Shown: piece by piece, positions 48,283 through 58,428 of the stretch
How positions within the stretch are numbered: the stretch's first letter is position 1
Layout of the letters: each line of letters starts with the position of its first letter
From: an uncultured Ignavibacteria bacterium
GTDB lineage: Bacteria > Bacteroidota > Ignavibacteria > Ignavibacteriales > Ignavibacteriaceae
DNA: 64,000 nucleotides
NCBI GenBank assembly: GCA_963743325.1
Contig: CAVUOZ010000006.1
Location: 5,207 to 69,206 of the forward strand
Direction: 5' to 3'
Translations under genes and position numbers: made by a program
The notes under the pieces: model-generated
Told to the model about the DNA's origin: nothing
The model's database searches: none
The model's input: the letters and a program-made list of their open reading frames with translations, nothing else

Positions 48283-50067
48283 ATGAAAAGTCGAATAAAG
48301 ATCAGATTTCACAAATATTATCAGTTAAAAAAGGTAGTTTTAATTCTCATTCTCCTTCTCAATATTTTAACCTTGAATTCCTGTTCGGAAAAAAACGATA
48401 AACCTTCCTCTACGTACTGTAATCCCTTGAATATTGATTATACCTACAGTATAGTAAATACCTCCCAAGGATTATCATACAGATCCGGTGCCGATCCCTC
48501 GGTAGTGGAATTCCGAGGAGAGTATTACATGTTTGTCACACGTTCATTTGGTTACTGGCATTCAAAGGATCTGAGGGACTGGGATTTTATACATCCGCAA
48601 TCCTGGTATTTTGAATCTTCAAATGCGCCCACTGCCTGGTCATACAAGGATTCGATTTTAATCGCACTTGGAAATCCATCCGAATGGCAGTGTATTATTT
48701 ATACCGACGATCCCCAAAAAGGAACATGGAGAGGTGTTCCTTCATTAATCCCTACGGATGTTCATGATCCCGCCCTGTTTGTAGATGATGACAACCGCGT
48801 TTTTCTTTATATAGGTTCTTCAAATGTTTACCCGATAAGGGGAGTAGAACTGGATCCCCGAAACTACTTTCTGCCTAAAGGAGACTTTACAGAACTGATA
48901 AGACTAAATCCAAAAGAGCACGGATGGGAAAGATTCGGGGAAAATCATTCAGATACTGTGATTGCCGGTTATCTTGAAGGTGCGTGGATGACCAAACATA
49001 ATGGTATCTACTATCTGAAGTATGCTGCTCCCGGAACTGAATGGAATGTATATGGCGACGGAGCATATACATCTGACAATCCCCTCGGTCCTTATTCTTA
49101 TGCTGAATATAACCCTTTTTCCTATAAACCTGCCGGATTTATTACCGGAGCAGGACACGGGAGCACGGTTCAGGATCCTTACGGGAACTTTTGGCATTTC
49201 GCAACAATGGTTGTCGGGGTTAATTATTATTTTGAACGCCGCATTGGAATGTTTCCGGCGGGGTTTGATAAGGATGATGAACTCTATACGAATACAGCTT
49301 ATGGAGATTATCCCCACTTCCTTCCCTCAGCTGAAAGGAAAAACCTGGATGGCTTATTTGCCGGGTGGATGCTTTTATCCTTTAACGAACCTGCAAGTGC
49401 TTCATCTTTCCTTGGGGATATGATACCCGGGAATGTCACCGATGAAAATATTAAAACTGTCTGGTCTCCAAAGACAAATTCTTCACATGAATGGATTACC
49501 ATTGATCTGCAAAAAAAATGTGAGGTTAAAGCAGTACAGATAAATTATTCCGACTATAAGTCAAATATTTTTGGCAAACGCGATACCATATATCATCAGT
49601 ATCTCCTCGAATATTCCCTGGATGGAAATAACTGGGATATTCTGGTCGATAAAAAGAAAAATAGTAAAGATGTCCCGAATGATTATGTTGAACTGCCTAC
49701 TCCACAGAAAGCCAGGTTTATAAGGTTTACAAATATTCATAGTCCTACTCCATATGTGGCAATATCGGATTTGAGAATATTCGGTAATGGTTACGGAGAA
49801 AAGCCTGCAGAACCTGATAATTTTTCTGTTGAGCGAAAAGGAGATAGAAGAACAGCGGAACTTAAATGGAATAGTATAATAAATGCACAGGGTTACATGG
49901 TTTATTTTGGAATTCAACCGGAAAAACTTTACAGTTCTGTGATGGTTTATAAGGATACCACTTACCGTTTAAATTCACTGAATGTTAAACCGGATTATTT
50001 TTTCGCTTTAGAAGCATTCAATGAAAATGGAATCTCAAAAAGAACGAACGTAATTAAAAGTAATTAA
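48283..50067 (+). CDS. Lipoprotein GH43-like beta-propeller hydrolase with discoidin (F5/8 type C) and FN3-like C-terminal domains
   Basis: Lipobox LTLNSC. Motifs: YCNPLNIDY...GADPSVVEFRGEYYMFVT, HDPALFVDDD and LEGAWMTKHNGIYYLKYAAPG. The discoidin block reads TDENIKTVWSP...EWITIDLQK...ARFIRFTNIH...ISDLRIFG. Confidence 0.6.
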   Translation: MKSRIKIRFHKYYQLKKVVLILILLLNILTLNSCSEKNDKPSSTYCNPLNIDYTYSIVNTSQGLSYRSGADPSVVEFRGEYYMFVTRSFGYWHSKDLRDWDFIHPQSWYFESSNAPTAWSYKDSILIALGNPSEWQCIIYTDDPQKGTWRGVPSLIPTDVHDPALFVDDDNRVFLYIGSSNVYPIRGVELDPRNYFLPKGDFTELIRLNPKEHGWERFGENHSDTVIAGYLEGAWMTKHNGIYYLKYAAPGTEWNVYGDGAYTSDNPLGPYSYAEYNPFSYKPAGFITGAGHGSTVQDPYGNFWHFATMVVGVNYYFERRIGMFPAGFDKDDELYTNTAYGDYPHFLPSAERKNLDGLFAGWMLLSFNEPASASSFLGDMIPGNVTDENIKTVWSPKTNSSHEWITIDLQKKCEVKAVQINYSDYKSNIFGKRDTIYHQYLLEYSLDGNNWDILVDKKKNSKDVPNDYVELPTPQKARFIRFTNIHSPTPYVAISDLRIFGNGYGEKPAEPDNFSVERKGDRRTAELKWNSIINAQGYMVYFGIQPEKLYSSVMVYKDTTYRLNSLNVKPDYFFALEAFNENGISKRTNVIKSN

Positions 50068-50094
50068 TCCTGGTATTTATCATATTTAAAAAAA

Positions 50095-53000
50095 ATGAAA
50101 AATATATTAAAAATTATACCCGCTCAATTAATTTATCCTGAATCATTCATTTCCGGAGATCGGGTTTTGCCGCGGGCTTTACATTCAATTATTCAATCAT
50201 TCATTTTAATGGTTTTGCTCACTGCTAATCTTTATCCGCAGACCTTACTTGACGATTTTGAATCTATCAATCATTGGAAGATTTACAAATCTGATGGAGT
50301 AGAGACCTCTGTCTCTCTTGATGAGGGGCATTCAGGTAAGGCTATCAGGTTTGATTACAATTTCACAAAGGGGACCGGATACGGAGGGATTCAGAAAATA
50401 ATCCCCTTAAATCTTCCTGAGAATTATCAATTCACTTTTTATCTCAAAGCTGAATCACCTGCGAATAACCTTGAGTTTAAACTCCTTGACAGTACAGGGC
50501 AGAATGTCTGGTGGGTTAATAGCAGGAATTATACTTTCCCGCGCGAATGGACTAAGATAAAAATCAAAAAAAGGCATATAAATTTTGCATGGGGACCAAC
50601 TGAGGACAAAATATTAAAGAGAATTGATAAACTTGAATTTACAATATCATCTTATGTCGGAGGGAAAGGAACCATCTGGATAGAGGATCTGAAATTCGAA
50701 GAACTTCCCCCTGAAGATAATTCCCCTATACAACCTTCGGCTGCAGTATCCTCGGAATTGGAACAAAGGTATTCAGGTAAAAATCTGGTGGATAATAATC
50801 CGGGTTCTGTGTGGAAAAGCAGTATAAAAGAAAATCAGAATATTATACTGGACCTGCAAAAAAGAAGAGAGTTGGGAGCAATTACAATCGACTGGGACAG
50901 GGCAGACTATGCCAGAGAATTTAATGTTTACCTATCTAATGCTAAAGGTAATTGGGAGAAGGTCTATTCCATCAGTGACGCAGCGGGGAACAGAAGCTAC
51001 ATCCGCTTAGCAGAAGAAGACGCTGTAAAAATTAAAATTGAATTACTAAGAAGCAGCAGGGGGCAAGGGTATGTAATTAAGGATATTCGAGTCAGGAACG
51101 TTGATTATTCCGCAGATATTAACAGGTTATTTATAAACATAGCCAAAGATTATCCCCGTGGATATTACCCGAGATATTTAACTGAGGAAGGAACTTTCTG
51201 GACTATAACCGGGGTGAATAACGATGTAAAGGAAGCTTTGATAAATGAAGATGGTATGGTTGAAGTGGATAAAAAGCATTTCTCAATAGAACCATTCCTA
51301 TCCGTGGATGGAAAATTTGTAACCTGGAATGATGTAGAAAAAGAACAATCGCTGGCCGGGGACAATCATCCTCTGAAAAGAACAAATTATCTGCCGGTTC
51401 CGTCTGTCCGCTGGAACTATAATGACTTGTTACTGGAAACAAGTATTTTCGCGGCGGGTGATGCAAATATAAATTCTGTACTCTATCTGATCTATAAATT
51501 GAAAAACAATTCAACGAAACAACAAAATGGAAATCTTTATGTGGCAGTAAGACCTTTCCAGGTCAACCCGTATTATCAGTGGTTAAATATAACGGGAGGG
51601 GCTGCGGAAATTGATTCAATTAAATATAAAGACGGCAGAGTATTTATTAATGATGATAAGGTTGTAATACCTGTGACAAAAGCAGATCAATTTGGTGCTT
51701 CAGGCTTTGATACCGGTGATATAACATCATTCCTGGCTCAAAATACAATTCCTGATAAAAAAACAATCATTGATAAAGGAAATCTGGCAAGCGGATGCCT
51801 GAGTTATTCATTTAATCTGAAACCGCAGGAAGAAAAGACTGTTTACCTCGCTGTACCATTTTATAAATATAATACGGGCAGTGGGGCGGGTATGTCTATG
51901 GAACAAATAACTGAAGAACAGATCAGAGACCTTTATGCCCGGACAATTGATTTCTGGAAATCAGAGGTTAATCATATAAAATTTAACCTGCCTGAATCTT
52001 CTGACAGAATAATTAACACATACAAATCCAATCTTGCCTATATTTTAATCAATAGGGATAACGCGGGGATTCAGCCAGGTTCAAGATCTTATGAAAGATC
52101 ATGGATAAGGGACGGCGCATTAACATCATCAGCATTATTAAAATCGGGCATTGTAAGCGAAGTGAAGGATTTCATCATATGGTATGCTGCGCACCAGTAC
52201 GAGAACGGGAAAGTCCCTTGTGTAGTTGATACAAGAGGTCCTGATCCTGTACCGGAAAATGACAGTCACGGTGAATTCATTTACCTGATAAAAGAATATT
52301 TTAACTTCACAAAAGACACTACTTTTCTGCACAGGATGAATAAGAATATACTGAAAGCAATAGACTATATGGATACACTTATTTCGCAGAGATCCACCGG
52401 CCATTTCAAAAACGGGAATGACAGTGTTCGCGCTTATTATGGAATAATGCCTGAGTCAATCAGTCACGAAGGCTATTCTGCAAAACCGATGCATTCATAC
52501 TGGGATGATTTCTTCACGATGAAGGGATTAAAGGATGCTGCGGAGATTGAAAGAATATTGGGCGAAGAAATTTCTTATGAAAAAATCAAAAAGATGAGAG
52601 ATACTTTCAGAGAAAATTTATATAACTCACTCGATCTGGCAATTAAAACGAGAAAGATTGATTATTTACCAGGCTGTGTTGAGCGTGGCGATTTTGATGC
52701 AATCTCCACCACGATTGCAATATCTCCGTGTAATGAGCTTCCTGATCTTCCGGAACCTTATGCCCGGAGTACATTTGATCAGTATTATGAATTCTTTGAA
52801 AAAAGGAGAGATAATAAAATTGATTGGACTGCCTACACACCTTACGAAAACCGGCTTATAGGTTCATTCATTTTTTTGGATCAGCCTGAACGCGCACACG
52901 AACTGATTAAGTTTTTTCTGAATGACCAAAAACCTGATACCTGGAATGACTGGGCTGAAGTTGTATGGAAGAAAGAAAGATATCCCGGTTATATAGGCGT

Positions 53001-53379
53001 TATGCCGCATACATGTGTTGGTTCTGATTTTTTGAATGCTGTCCGTTCAATGTTCGTTTACGAATCAGAATTTGATTCTTCACTGGTTGTCGCTGCTGCT
53101 TTATATAAAGATTGGGTTGATTCCCCTGACGGGATGTCGGTTGAAAATCTTCCGACATATTATGGTGAGTTATCCTATTCTATTAAGAAGAACGGAAATA
53201 AATATGACATTAAAATTTACGAGAATGTATCAATCCCTCCCGGAGGCATAATTCTTAAAAATATTTATGCAGATAAACTTCCTGCATCAGTAATGGTAAA
53301 TGGAGATCAAATAAAAAGTTTTGATAAGAAAAATATCCGGGTAGATAAGTTCCCGGCATTGGTAGAATTATCGTTTTAA
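50095..53379 (+). CDS. 1094-aa multidomain protein: CBM-like and discoidin N-terminal domains plus a GH15-like (alpha/alpha)6 catalytic-type domain
   Basis: The discoidin block reads GKNLVDNNPGSVWKSS...IILDLQKRRELGAITIDW...FNVYLSN. The (alpha/alpha)6-type region has YERSWIRDGALTSSALLKSG, ENGKVPCVVD and HSYWDDFF, reminiscent of the glucoamylase/glucodextranase fold. Confidence 0.5.
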   Translation: MKNILKIIPAQLIYPESFISGDRVLPRALHSIIQSFILMVLLTANLYPQTLLDDFESINHWKIYKSDGVETSVSLDEGHSGKAIRFDYNFTKGTGYGGIQKIIPLNLPENYQFTFYLKAESPANNLEFKLLDSTGQNVWWVNSRNYTFPREWTKIKIKKRHINFAWGPTEDKILKRIDKLEFTISSYVGGKGTIWIEDLKFEELPPEDNSPIQPSAAVSSELEQRYSGKNLVDNNPGSVWKSSIKENQNIILDLQKRRELGAITIDWDRADYAREFNVYLSNAKGNWEKVYSISDAAGNRSYIRLAEEDAVKIKIELLRSSRGQGYVIKDIRVRNVDYSADINRLFINIAKDYPRGYYPRYLTEEGTFWTITGVNNDVKEALINEDGMVEVDKKHFSIEPFLSVDGKFVTWNDVEKEQSLAGDNHPLKRTNYLPVPSVRWNYNDLLLETSIFAAGDANINSVLYLIYKLKNNSTKQQNGNLYVAVRPFQVNPYYQWLNITGGAAEIDSIKYKDGRVFINDDKVVIPVTKADQFGASGFDTGDITSFLAQNTIPDKKTIIDKGNLASGCLSYSFNLKPQEEKTVYLAVPFYKYNTGSGAGMSMEQITEEQIRDLYARTIDFWKSEVNHIKFNLPESSDRIINTYKSNLAYILINRDNAGIQPGSRSYERSWIRDGALTSSALLKSGIVSEVKDFIIWYAAHQYENGKVPCVVDTRGPDPVPENDSHGEFIYLIKEYFNFTKDTTFLHRMNKNILKAIDYMDTLISQRSTGHFKNGNDSVRAYYGIMPESISHEGYSAKPMHSYWDDFFTMKGLKDAAEIERILGEEISYEKIKKMRDTFRENLYNSLDLAIKTRKIDYLPGCVERGDFDAISTTIAISPCNELPDLPEPYARSTFDQYYEFFEKRRDNKIDWTAYTPYENRLIGSFIFLDQPERAHELIKFFLNDQKPDTWNDWAEVVWKKERYPGYIGVMPHTCVGSDFLNAVRSMFVYESEFDSSLVVAAALYKDWVDSPDGMSVENLPTYYGELSYSIKKNGNKYDIKIYENVSIPPGGIILKNIYADKLPASVMVNGDQIKSFDKKNIRVDKFPALVELSF

Positions 53380-53395
53380 CAAAAAATGAATTTGT

Positions 53396-54124
53396 ATGAA
53401 AAAAAATATATTAATCTTACTTACTCTGGCGTCATTATTTCTATATGCCCAGCAGGACTCAATAAGACAAAGGGGTGAATTATTGGAAAAAGAAATAACA
53501 GTTAAAGTTTCCCTTCAATATCTTGTTTATCTTCCTCCAGGTTATGATAATAACGATATGAACTGGCCGCTGGTGTTATTCCTTCATGGATCTGGGGAAA
53601 GGGGGGATGATATAAACCTGGTAAAGCTGTATGGTCCGCCTTTGCTTGTCGATCAGGGAGTAGATTTTCCCTTCATTCTGATATCTCCTCAATGTCCATT
53701 AGGACAGAGGTGGGATCCATTGGATTTATCTGTGCTGCTTGATGCAGTGGAAAAGATTTACCGTGTTGATCCGAATAGAGTTTATTTAACAGGTTTAAGT
53801 ATGGGCGGTGAAGGAACGTGGAATCTTGCTATGGCTCAACCGGACCGCTTTGCGGCTATTGCACCTGTTTGCGGCAGAACAGGTTCTCTATACCTGGATG
53901 CTGATAGGATTAAAAGTCTTCCTATCTGGGTTTTTCACGGAGCAAAAGATGATGTTGTTCCGATTTCCGAATCTCAAAGAATGGTTAAAGCATTAAAAGA
54001 GTACGGGAGCAGCAATCAATTTACAGTTTATCGGGAAGCTAATCACAATGCATGGACAGAAACTTATTATAACCAGGAGCTATATAAGTGGCTGCTGGAA
54101 CATCACCTTGATGAGAATAAATAA
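53396..54124 (+). CDS. Secreted alpha/beta-hydrolase esterase (phospholipase/carboxylesterase-type)
   Basis: Signal peptide. Motifs: LVLFLHGSGERGDD, nucleophile elbow GLSMGG, and VFHGAKDDVVP plus the H of the catalytic triad (ANHNAW). Confidence 0.7.
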   Translation: MKKNILILLTLASLFLYAQQDSIRQRGELLEKEITVKVSLQYLVYLPPGYDNNDMNWPLVLFLHGSGERGDDINLVKLYGPPLLVDQGVDFPFILISPQCPLGQRWDPLDLSVLLDAVEKIYRVDPNRVYLTGLSMGGEGTWNLAMAQPDRFAAIAPVCGRTGSLYLDADRIKSLPIWVFHGAKDDVVPISESQRMVKALKEYGSSNQFTVYREANHNAWTETYYNQELYKWLLEHHLDENK

Positions 54125-56203
54125 ATGTATTCACACGGAGAAATAAAATCACTTAACGGCAGCTGGAATTATGCGACAGATGCTGAAGACAAGCTGACCT
54201 ATGGACAGGTGAATAAACTTTTTTATGAAAAGGGGACAAAGAAAATTAATATCCCAGTAAACTGGGAGCACGCCGGGTTGCACAATTTCTCAGGAAGCAT
54301 CTGGTTCGCCAGAACATTTAAGTCGAATCATTCAACCTCAAAATTGAATATCCTGGAATTTAAGGGAATAGATTATTTCGCTTCAGTCTGGCTGAATGAT
54401 ACTTTTCTGGGTAAACACGAAGGCTATTTTCAGTCATTTTATTTTGATATTTCGGATATGCTGAGAGAATCAGGGAAAAATTTTTTAATAGTCAAGGTTA
54501 ATTCACCCCTGGAAGAGCCGAAGAAAGTCTGGCCGTATAGAAAGAGGTTGATAAAAGGAATCTTCAATCATCACGACTGCAGGCCCGGAGCATGGAGCTA
54601 TAAATACGGGCAGGATCAGAATACAGGTGGTATATGGAACGAGGTAGTACTTCATTCCGTTGATGAAGTTTTTATTGAAAATGTGCGTGTAAAACCCAGG
54701 ATATATTTTAATCAGAATAAAGCATTATTAAATCTCTCAGTTTCATTTTATAAAAGAACTAAGGCAGTAATTAAGGATAAAATGGAAATAAGGGTCACGT
54801 CTCCATCAGGGAAAATAATAACTCTTAAAAAGGACATTCACTTAAGGGGAATAAAGCATGATATAAATTTTATGGTGGTAATTAAAAATCCTGAATTGTG
54901 GTGGAGCTGGGATCTTGGGAAGCCGAATCTTTACGAATTAAACATATCGGGTAAATTCATAATTATTAAAAATATAAAATTCGGAATCAGGGAAGTAAGG
55001 ATAAATGAGAAAAAAGAATTCTACCTAAATGGGAAAAGACTTTTTCTCAGGGGTACAAACGTAATTCCTGCACTATTTTTATCAGAATTAAATGAGAAAA
55101 AAATCGAAGAGCAGTTAGGTTTAATCAAGGATGCAAATATAAATATTATAAGAATGCATGCCCATGTTAACAGATCTGAGTTTTATGAAGAATGCGACAA
55201 ACAGGGAATACTTATCTGGCAGGATTTTGCTCTGCAGTGGACTTATGATGAATCACAGGAATTTATTATAAATGCTGTAGCACAAATTATGGATATGGTG
55301 GCGCTGCTTTTTAATCATGCCTCTATAGCATTCTGGTGCTGCCATAATGAACCCGGTAAACAGATTGAATCCCTTGATCCATTTCTCTTTGATGCGGTTC
55401 GTAGTATTGATAAAAGCAGAATAATCAGAGTTGCTTCCAATTATGAGGAACACCCGTACGATGGCTGGTACTGGGGAAATAAAGAACATTTCGCTGCCAG
55501 GCCGATGGGACCCTTGGTCACTGAATTTGGTGCGCAGGCTTTACCGGAGCAAAAGTCATTGAAAAAAATAATTCCCGGAACTGATTTATCCGATCCATCA
55601 AAAGAAAGCTGGGCATATCATGATTTTCAGTATGAGCAGACATTTAATATTGCCGATATTAATCGGGGTAAAAATTTAAATGAATTTATAAAGAATTCTC
55701 AGGATTACCAGTCAGAATTGCTAAAAACAGCAATTGATTTTTACCGCAGGGGAAAGAATAAAGATATAACCGGGATATTTCAATTTATGTTTATTGACTG
55801 CTGGCCGTCAATAACCTGGTCGGTTATAGACTTTTATGGCAGGAAAAAGAAGGGGTACTTCACACTTCAAAAAGGCTTTCAACCATTATATGTGTCTGTC
55901 AGGGCAGGACAAAGAAAATATTTTTCAGGTCAGACCCTGAATATCGATTACTGGGTAATCAATGATTTTCATGAGATGTTTAATTCATGTAAAATCGTAT
56001 TTAGGATTGGAGAAAAAACATTATTCAAGCTCCCGGTTAAAAATATTCCGGAAGATTCGATTACTTATTTTAACTGGGGAACAAATGAAATTAAACTTCC
56101 TCATAATCTGAGTAAAGGGAAGTATAAAATGGATGTTGAAATAATTCAAAATAAAATTGTTTTATCAAGGAACGATTTTGAAATTGAAATTGTGAACTGG
56201 TAA
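54125..56203 (+). CDS. GH2 glycoside hydrolase (beta-mannosidase/beta-glucosaminidase-like), no signal peptide
   Basis: The sugar-binding domain has FSGSIWFARTF and YFASVWLNDTFLGKHEGYF. The TIM barrel has LNGKRLFLRGTN, IIRMHAHV, ILIWQDF, acid/base context WCCHNEPG and nucleophile context VTEFGAQA. Confidence 0.75.
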   Translation: MYSHGEIKSLNGSWNYATDAEDKLTYGQVNKLFYEKGTKKINIPVNWEHAGLHNFSGSIWFARTFKSNHSTSKLNILEFKGIDYFASVWLNDTFLGKHEGYFQSFYFDISDMLRESGKNFLIVKVNSPLEEPKKVWPYRKRLIKGIFNHHDCRPGAWSYKYGQDQNTGGIWNEVVLHSVDEVFIENVRVKPRIYFNQNKALLNLSVSFYKRTKAVIKDKMEIRVTSPSGKIITLKKDIHLRGIKHDINFMVVIKNPELWWSWDLGKPNLYELNISGKFIIIKNIKFGIREVRINEKKEFYLNGKRLFLRGTNVIPALFLSELNEKKIEEQLGLIKDANINIIRMHAHVNRSEFYEECDKQGILIWQDFALQWTYDESQEFIINAVAQIMDMVALLFNHASIAFWCCHNEPGKQIESLDPFLFDAVRSIDKSRIIRVASNYEEHPYDGWYWGNKEHFAARPMGPLVTEFGAQALPEQKSLKKIIPGTDLSDPSKESWAYHDFQYEQTFNIADINRGKNLNEFIKNSQDYQSELLKTAIDFYRRGKNKDITGIFQFMFIDCWPSITWSVIDFYGRKKKGYFTLQKGFQPLYVSVRAGQRKYFSGQTLNIDYWVINDFHEMFNSCKIVFRIGEKTLFKLPVKNIPEDSITYFNWGTNEIKLPHNLSKGKYKMDVEIIQNKIVLSRNDFEIEIVNW

Positions 56204-57513
56204 TGATAGGAATTAAAAACATATTGCATAAAGTGAAATTTGCCAATTTGCCCATATTAATTTTTCTTTGTGTTGTATTATTTGGCTGCAGAGGGAACAA
56301 GGGCAACAATATTGTGTTAAAATTCTGGGCAATGGGAACCGAGGCTGAATATGTAACCTCGCTTGTCCCCGAATTTGAAAAGGAAAATTCCGGGATAAAA
56401 GTAGATGTTCAGCAGATACCCTGGAATGCTGCACAGGAAAAACTTGTGACAGCTTTTGCCAGTGATAATACACCGGATATTTGTCAGCTTGGTAACACGT
56501 GGATTCCCCAATTCTCCTCTCTAAAGGCGATTATCAGATTAGATGAATTCATTAAAAATTCTAAGATAATTAAAAAAGAAAATTATTTTACCGGAATCTG
56601 GGATACTAATGTTATGGATTCATCGGTTTATGGAATCCCATGGTATATTGATACTAGGATAATGTTTTATCGTACAGATGTATTTGAAAAAGTCGGGTAT
56701 AAAAATCCTCCAAGATCCTGGGATGAATTGTATGATCTTTGTAAAAAAATAAAAGCACTTCATCCCGGCGAAGACAAATATGCTATTTACCTCCCTACTA
56801 ATGAATGGAATGCTTTTATAATTTTTGCTTTAGAGAATAAGGCTGACCTTCTAAAGAACAATGATTCAGAGGGGGACTTTAGATCAGATAAATTTAAGGA
56901 AGCATTTAAGTTTTTGACGAATTTTCATAAAGAAAAGCTGGCTCCTCTTGGAATTTCACAGGTGACAAATGTATACCAGGCTTTAATGGAGGAATACTTC
57001 TCTATTTATATATCGGGACCATGGAACATCAATGAGTTCAAAAAATGGATGACAGGAGACCTGGCTGATAAATGGTCTACTGCTCCAATGCCCTCAAAAA
57101 CAGGGGATCATTTTCCCGGTGTTTCGCTGGCAGGCGGTTCAAGTCTGGTAATATTTAAAGATTCAGAGCATAAAAATGAAGCCTGGAAATTCATCGAGTT
57201 TCTCTCACAAACTTCCACACAGCTGGAGTTTTACAGGCTTTTATACAATCTGCCCGCAGTAAAAGAAGCGTGGAAAGATACATCGCTGGCAAATAATAAA
57301 TATATAAAAGCTTTTTATCAGCAGTTTGATAATGTAGTTGCTACCCCCAAAGTGCCTGAATGGGAGCAGATTGCTTTCGCTAAGGTTCAGCAGTATGCAG
57401 AGATTGTTGTCCGTGGTGCAATGACAATTGATAAAGCTTTGGCCGCACTGGATAATGATGTTGATAAGATTCTTGAAAAAAGAAAATGGTTACTTAGTAA
57501 AGAAAAAAGATAA
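56203..57513 (+). CDS. ABC sugar transporter substrate-binding lipoprotein (family 1 SBP)
   Basis: Lipobox VLFGCRG. Motifs: VLKFWAMG, IPWNAAQEKL, DICQLGNTW, GIPWYIDTR and GGSSLVIFK. Confidence 0.8.
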   Translation: MIGIKNILHKVKFANLPILIFLCVVLFGCRGNKGNNIVLKFWAMGTEAEYVTSLVPEFEKENSGIKVDVQQIPWNAAQEKLVTAFASDNTPDICQLGNTWIPQFSSLKAIIRLDEFIKNSKIIKKENYFTGIWDTNVMDSSVYGIPWYIDTRIMFYRTDVFEKVGYKNPPRSWDELYDLCKKIKALHPGEDKYAIYLPTNEWNAFIIFALENKADLLKNNDSEGDFRSDKFKEAFKFLTNFHKEKLAPLGISQVTNVYQALMEEYFSIYISGPWNINEFKKWMTGDLADKWSTAPMPSKTGDHFPGVSLAGGSSLVIFKDSEHKNEAWKFIEFLSQTSTQLEFYRLLYNLPAVKEAWKDTSLANNKYIKAFYQQFDNVVATPKVPEWEQIAFAKVQQYAEIVVRGAMTIDKALAALDNDVDKILEKRKWLLSKEKR

Positions 57514-58426
57514 AATAAAGAAAAAGATAAAAACTTTGAAAGATTCATATTCATTTTCTTCTAAAGCAGCATACCTGTTCCTGGCACCCGCGGTAATCGC
57601 GATTATTATATTTTTCTTTATTCCGGTTATCGCTGCTTTCATAATGAGCTTTACTGATTTTGACATTTATGCACTCGGAAGTTTTGACACTGTAAGGTTT
57701 ATCGGATTAAGGAATTATTCCCAGCTTTTTGAAGATCCCCTTTTCTGGCAATCATTACAGAATACCGTATACTATGTGCTTCTTGCAACCCCGTTATCGA
57801 TAGCAGTTTCACTGGGAGCGGCGCTGCTCCTGAACTCAAAACTGATAAAGTATAAAGGTTTTTTCAGATTAAGTTACTTTATTCCTTACATTACAACTCT
57901 TGTTGCAGTAGCTATTGTATGGAGGTTTATTTACCATCCAAAATTCGGAATATTAAATTATTTTCTCGGGTTCTTCGGTATTAATCCTATCGACTGGCTT
58001 GGCAATCCCACGCTTGCAATGCCGGCAATTGTGCTGATGTCAGTCTGGAAAACTTTCGGATATAATATGATAATCTTTATTGCCGGTTTGCAGAATATCT
58101 CAGAAGATCTGTACGAAGCAGCTGCACTTGAGGGAGCAAACGAGTGGCAGAAGTTTAAAACGATAACTATTCCTATGCTCGCACCGACGACTTTATTTGT
58201 AAGCATAATTACTATTGTCGGTTACTTCCAGCTTTTTGCTGAACCGTATATTATGACGCAGGGAGGTCCCTTAAATAAAACTTTGAGTATTGTAGGTTAT
58301 ATGTATCAGGAAGGATTCCGCTGGTGGAATATGGGTTACTCGGCCTCCATTTCATTCATATTGTTTTTCATAATACTGATTGTCACTGTTCTTCAATTTA
58401 AACTTCAGAAGAATCATCTGACATAA
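57428..58426 (+). CDS. ABC sugar transporter permease (MalF/UgpA-like)
   Basis: AYLFLAPAVIAII, 6 TM helices and EAA loop DLYEAAALEGANEWQKFKTITIPML. The ORF-track TTG start overlaps the SBP gene by 86 nt. An in-frame TTG at 57536 after the SBP stop is a more likely start. Confidence 0.8.
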   Translation: MIKLWPHWIMMLIRFLKKENGYLVKKKDKIKKKIKTLKDSYSFSSKAAYLFLAPAVIAIIIFFFIPVIAAFIMSFTDFDIYALGSFDTVRFIGLRNYSQLFEDPLFWQSLQNTVYYVLLATPLSIAVSLGAALLLNSKLIKYKGFFRLSYFIPYITTLVAVAIVWRFIYHPKFGILNYFLGFFGINPIDWLGNPTLAMPAIVLMSVWKTFGYNMIIFIAGLQNISEDLYEAAALEGANEWQKFKTITIPMLAPTTLFVSIITIVGYFQLFAEPYIMTQGGPLNKTLSIVGYMYQEGFRWWNMGYSASISFILFFIILIVTVLQFKLQKNHLT

Positions 58427-58428
58427 AA

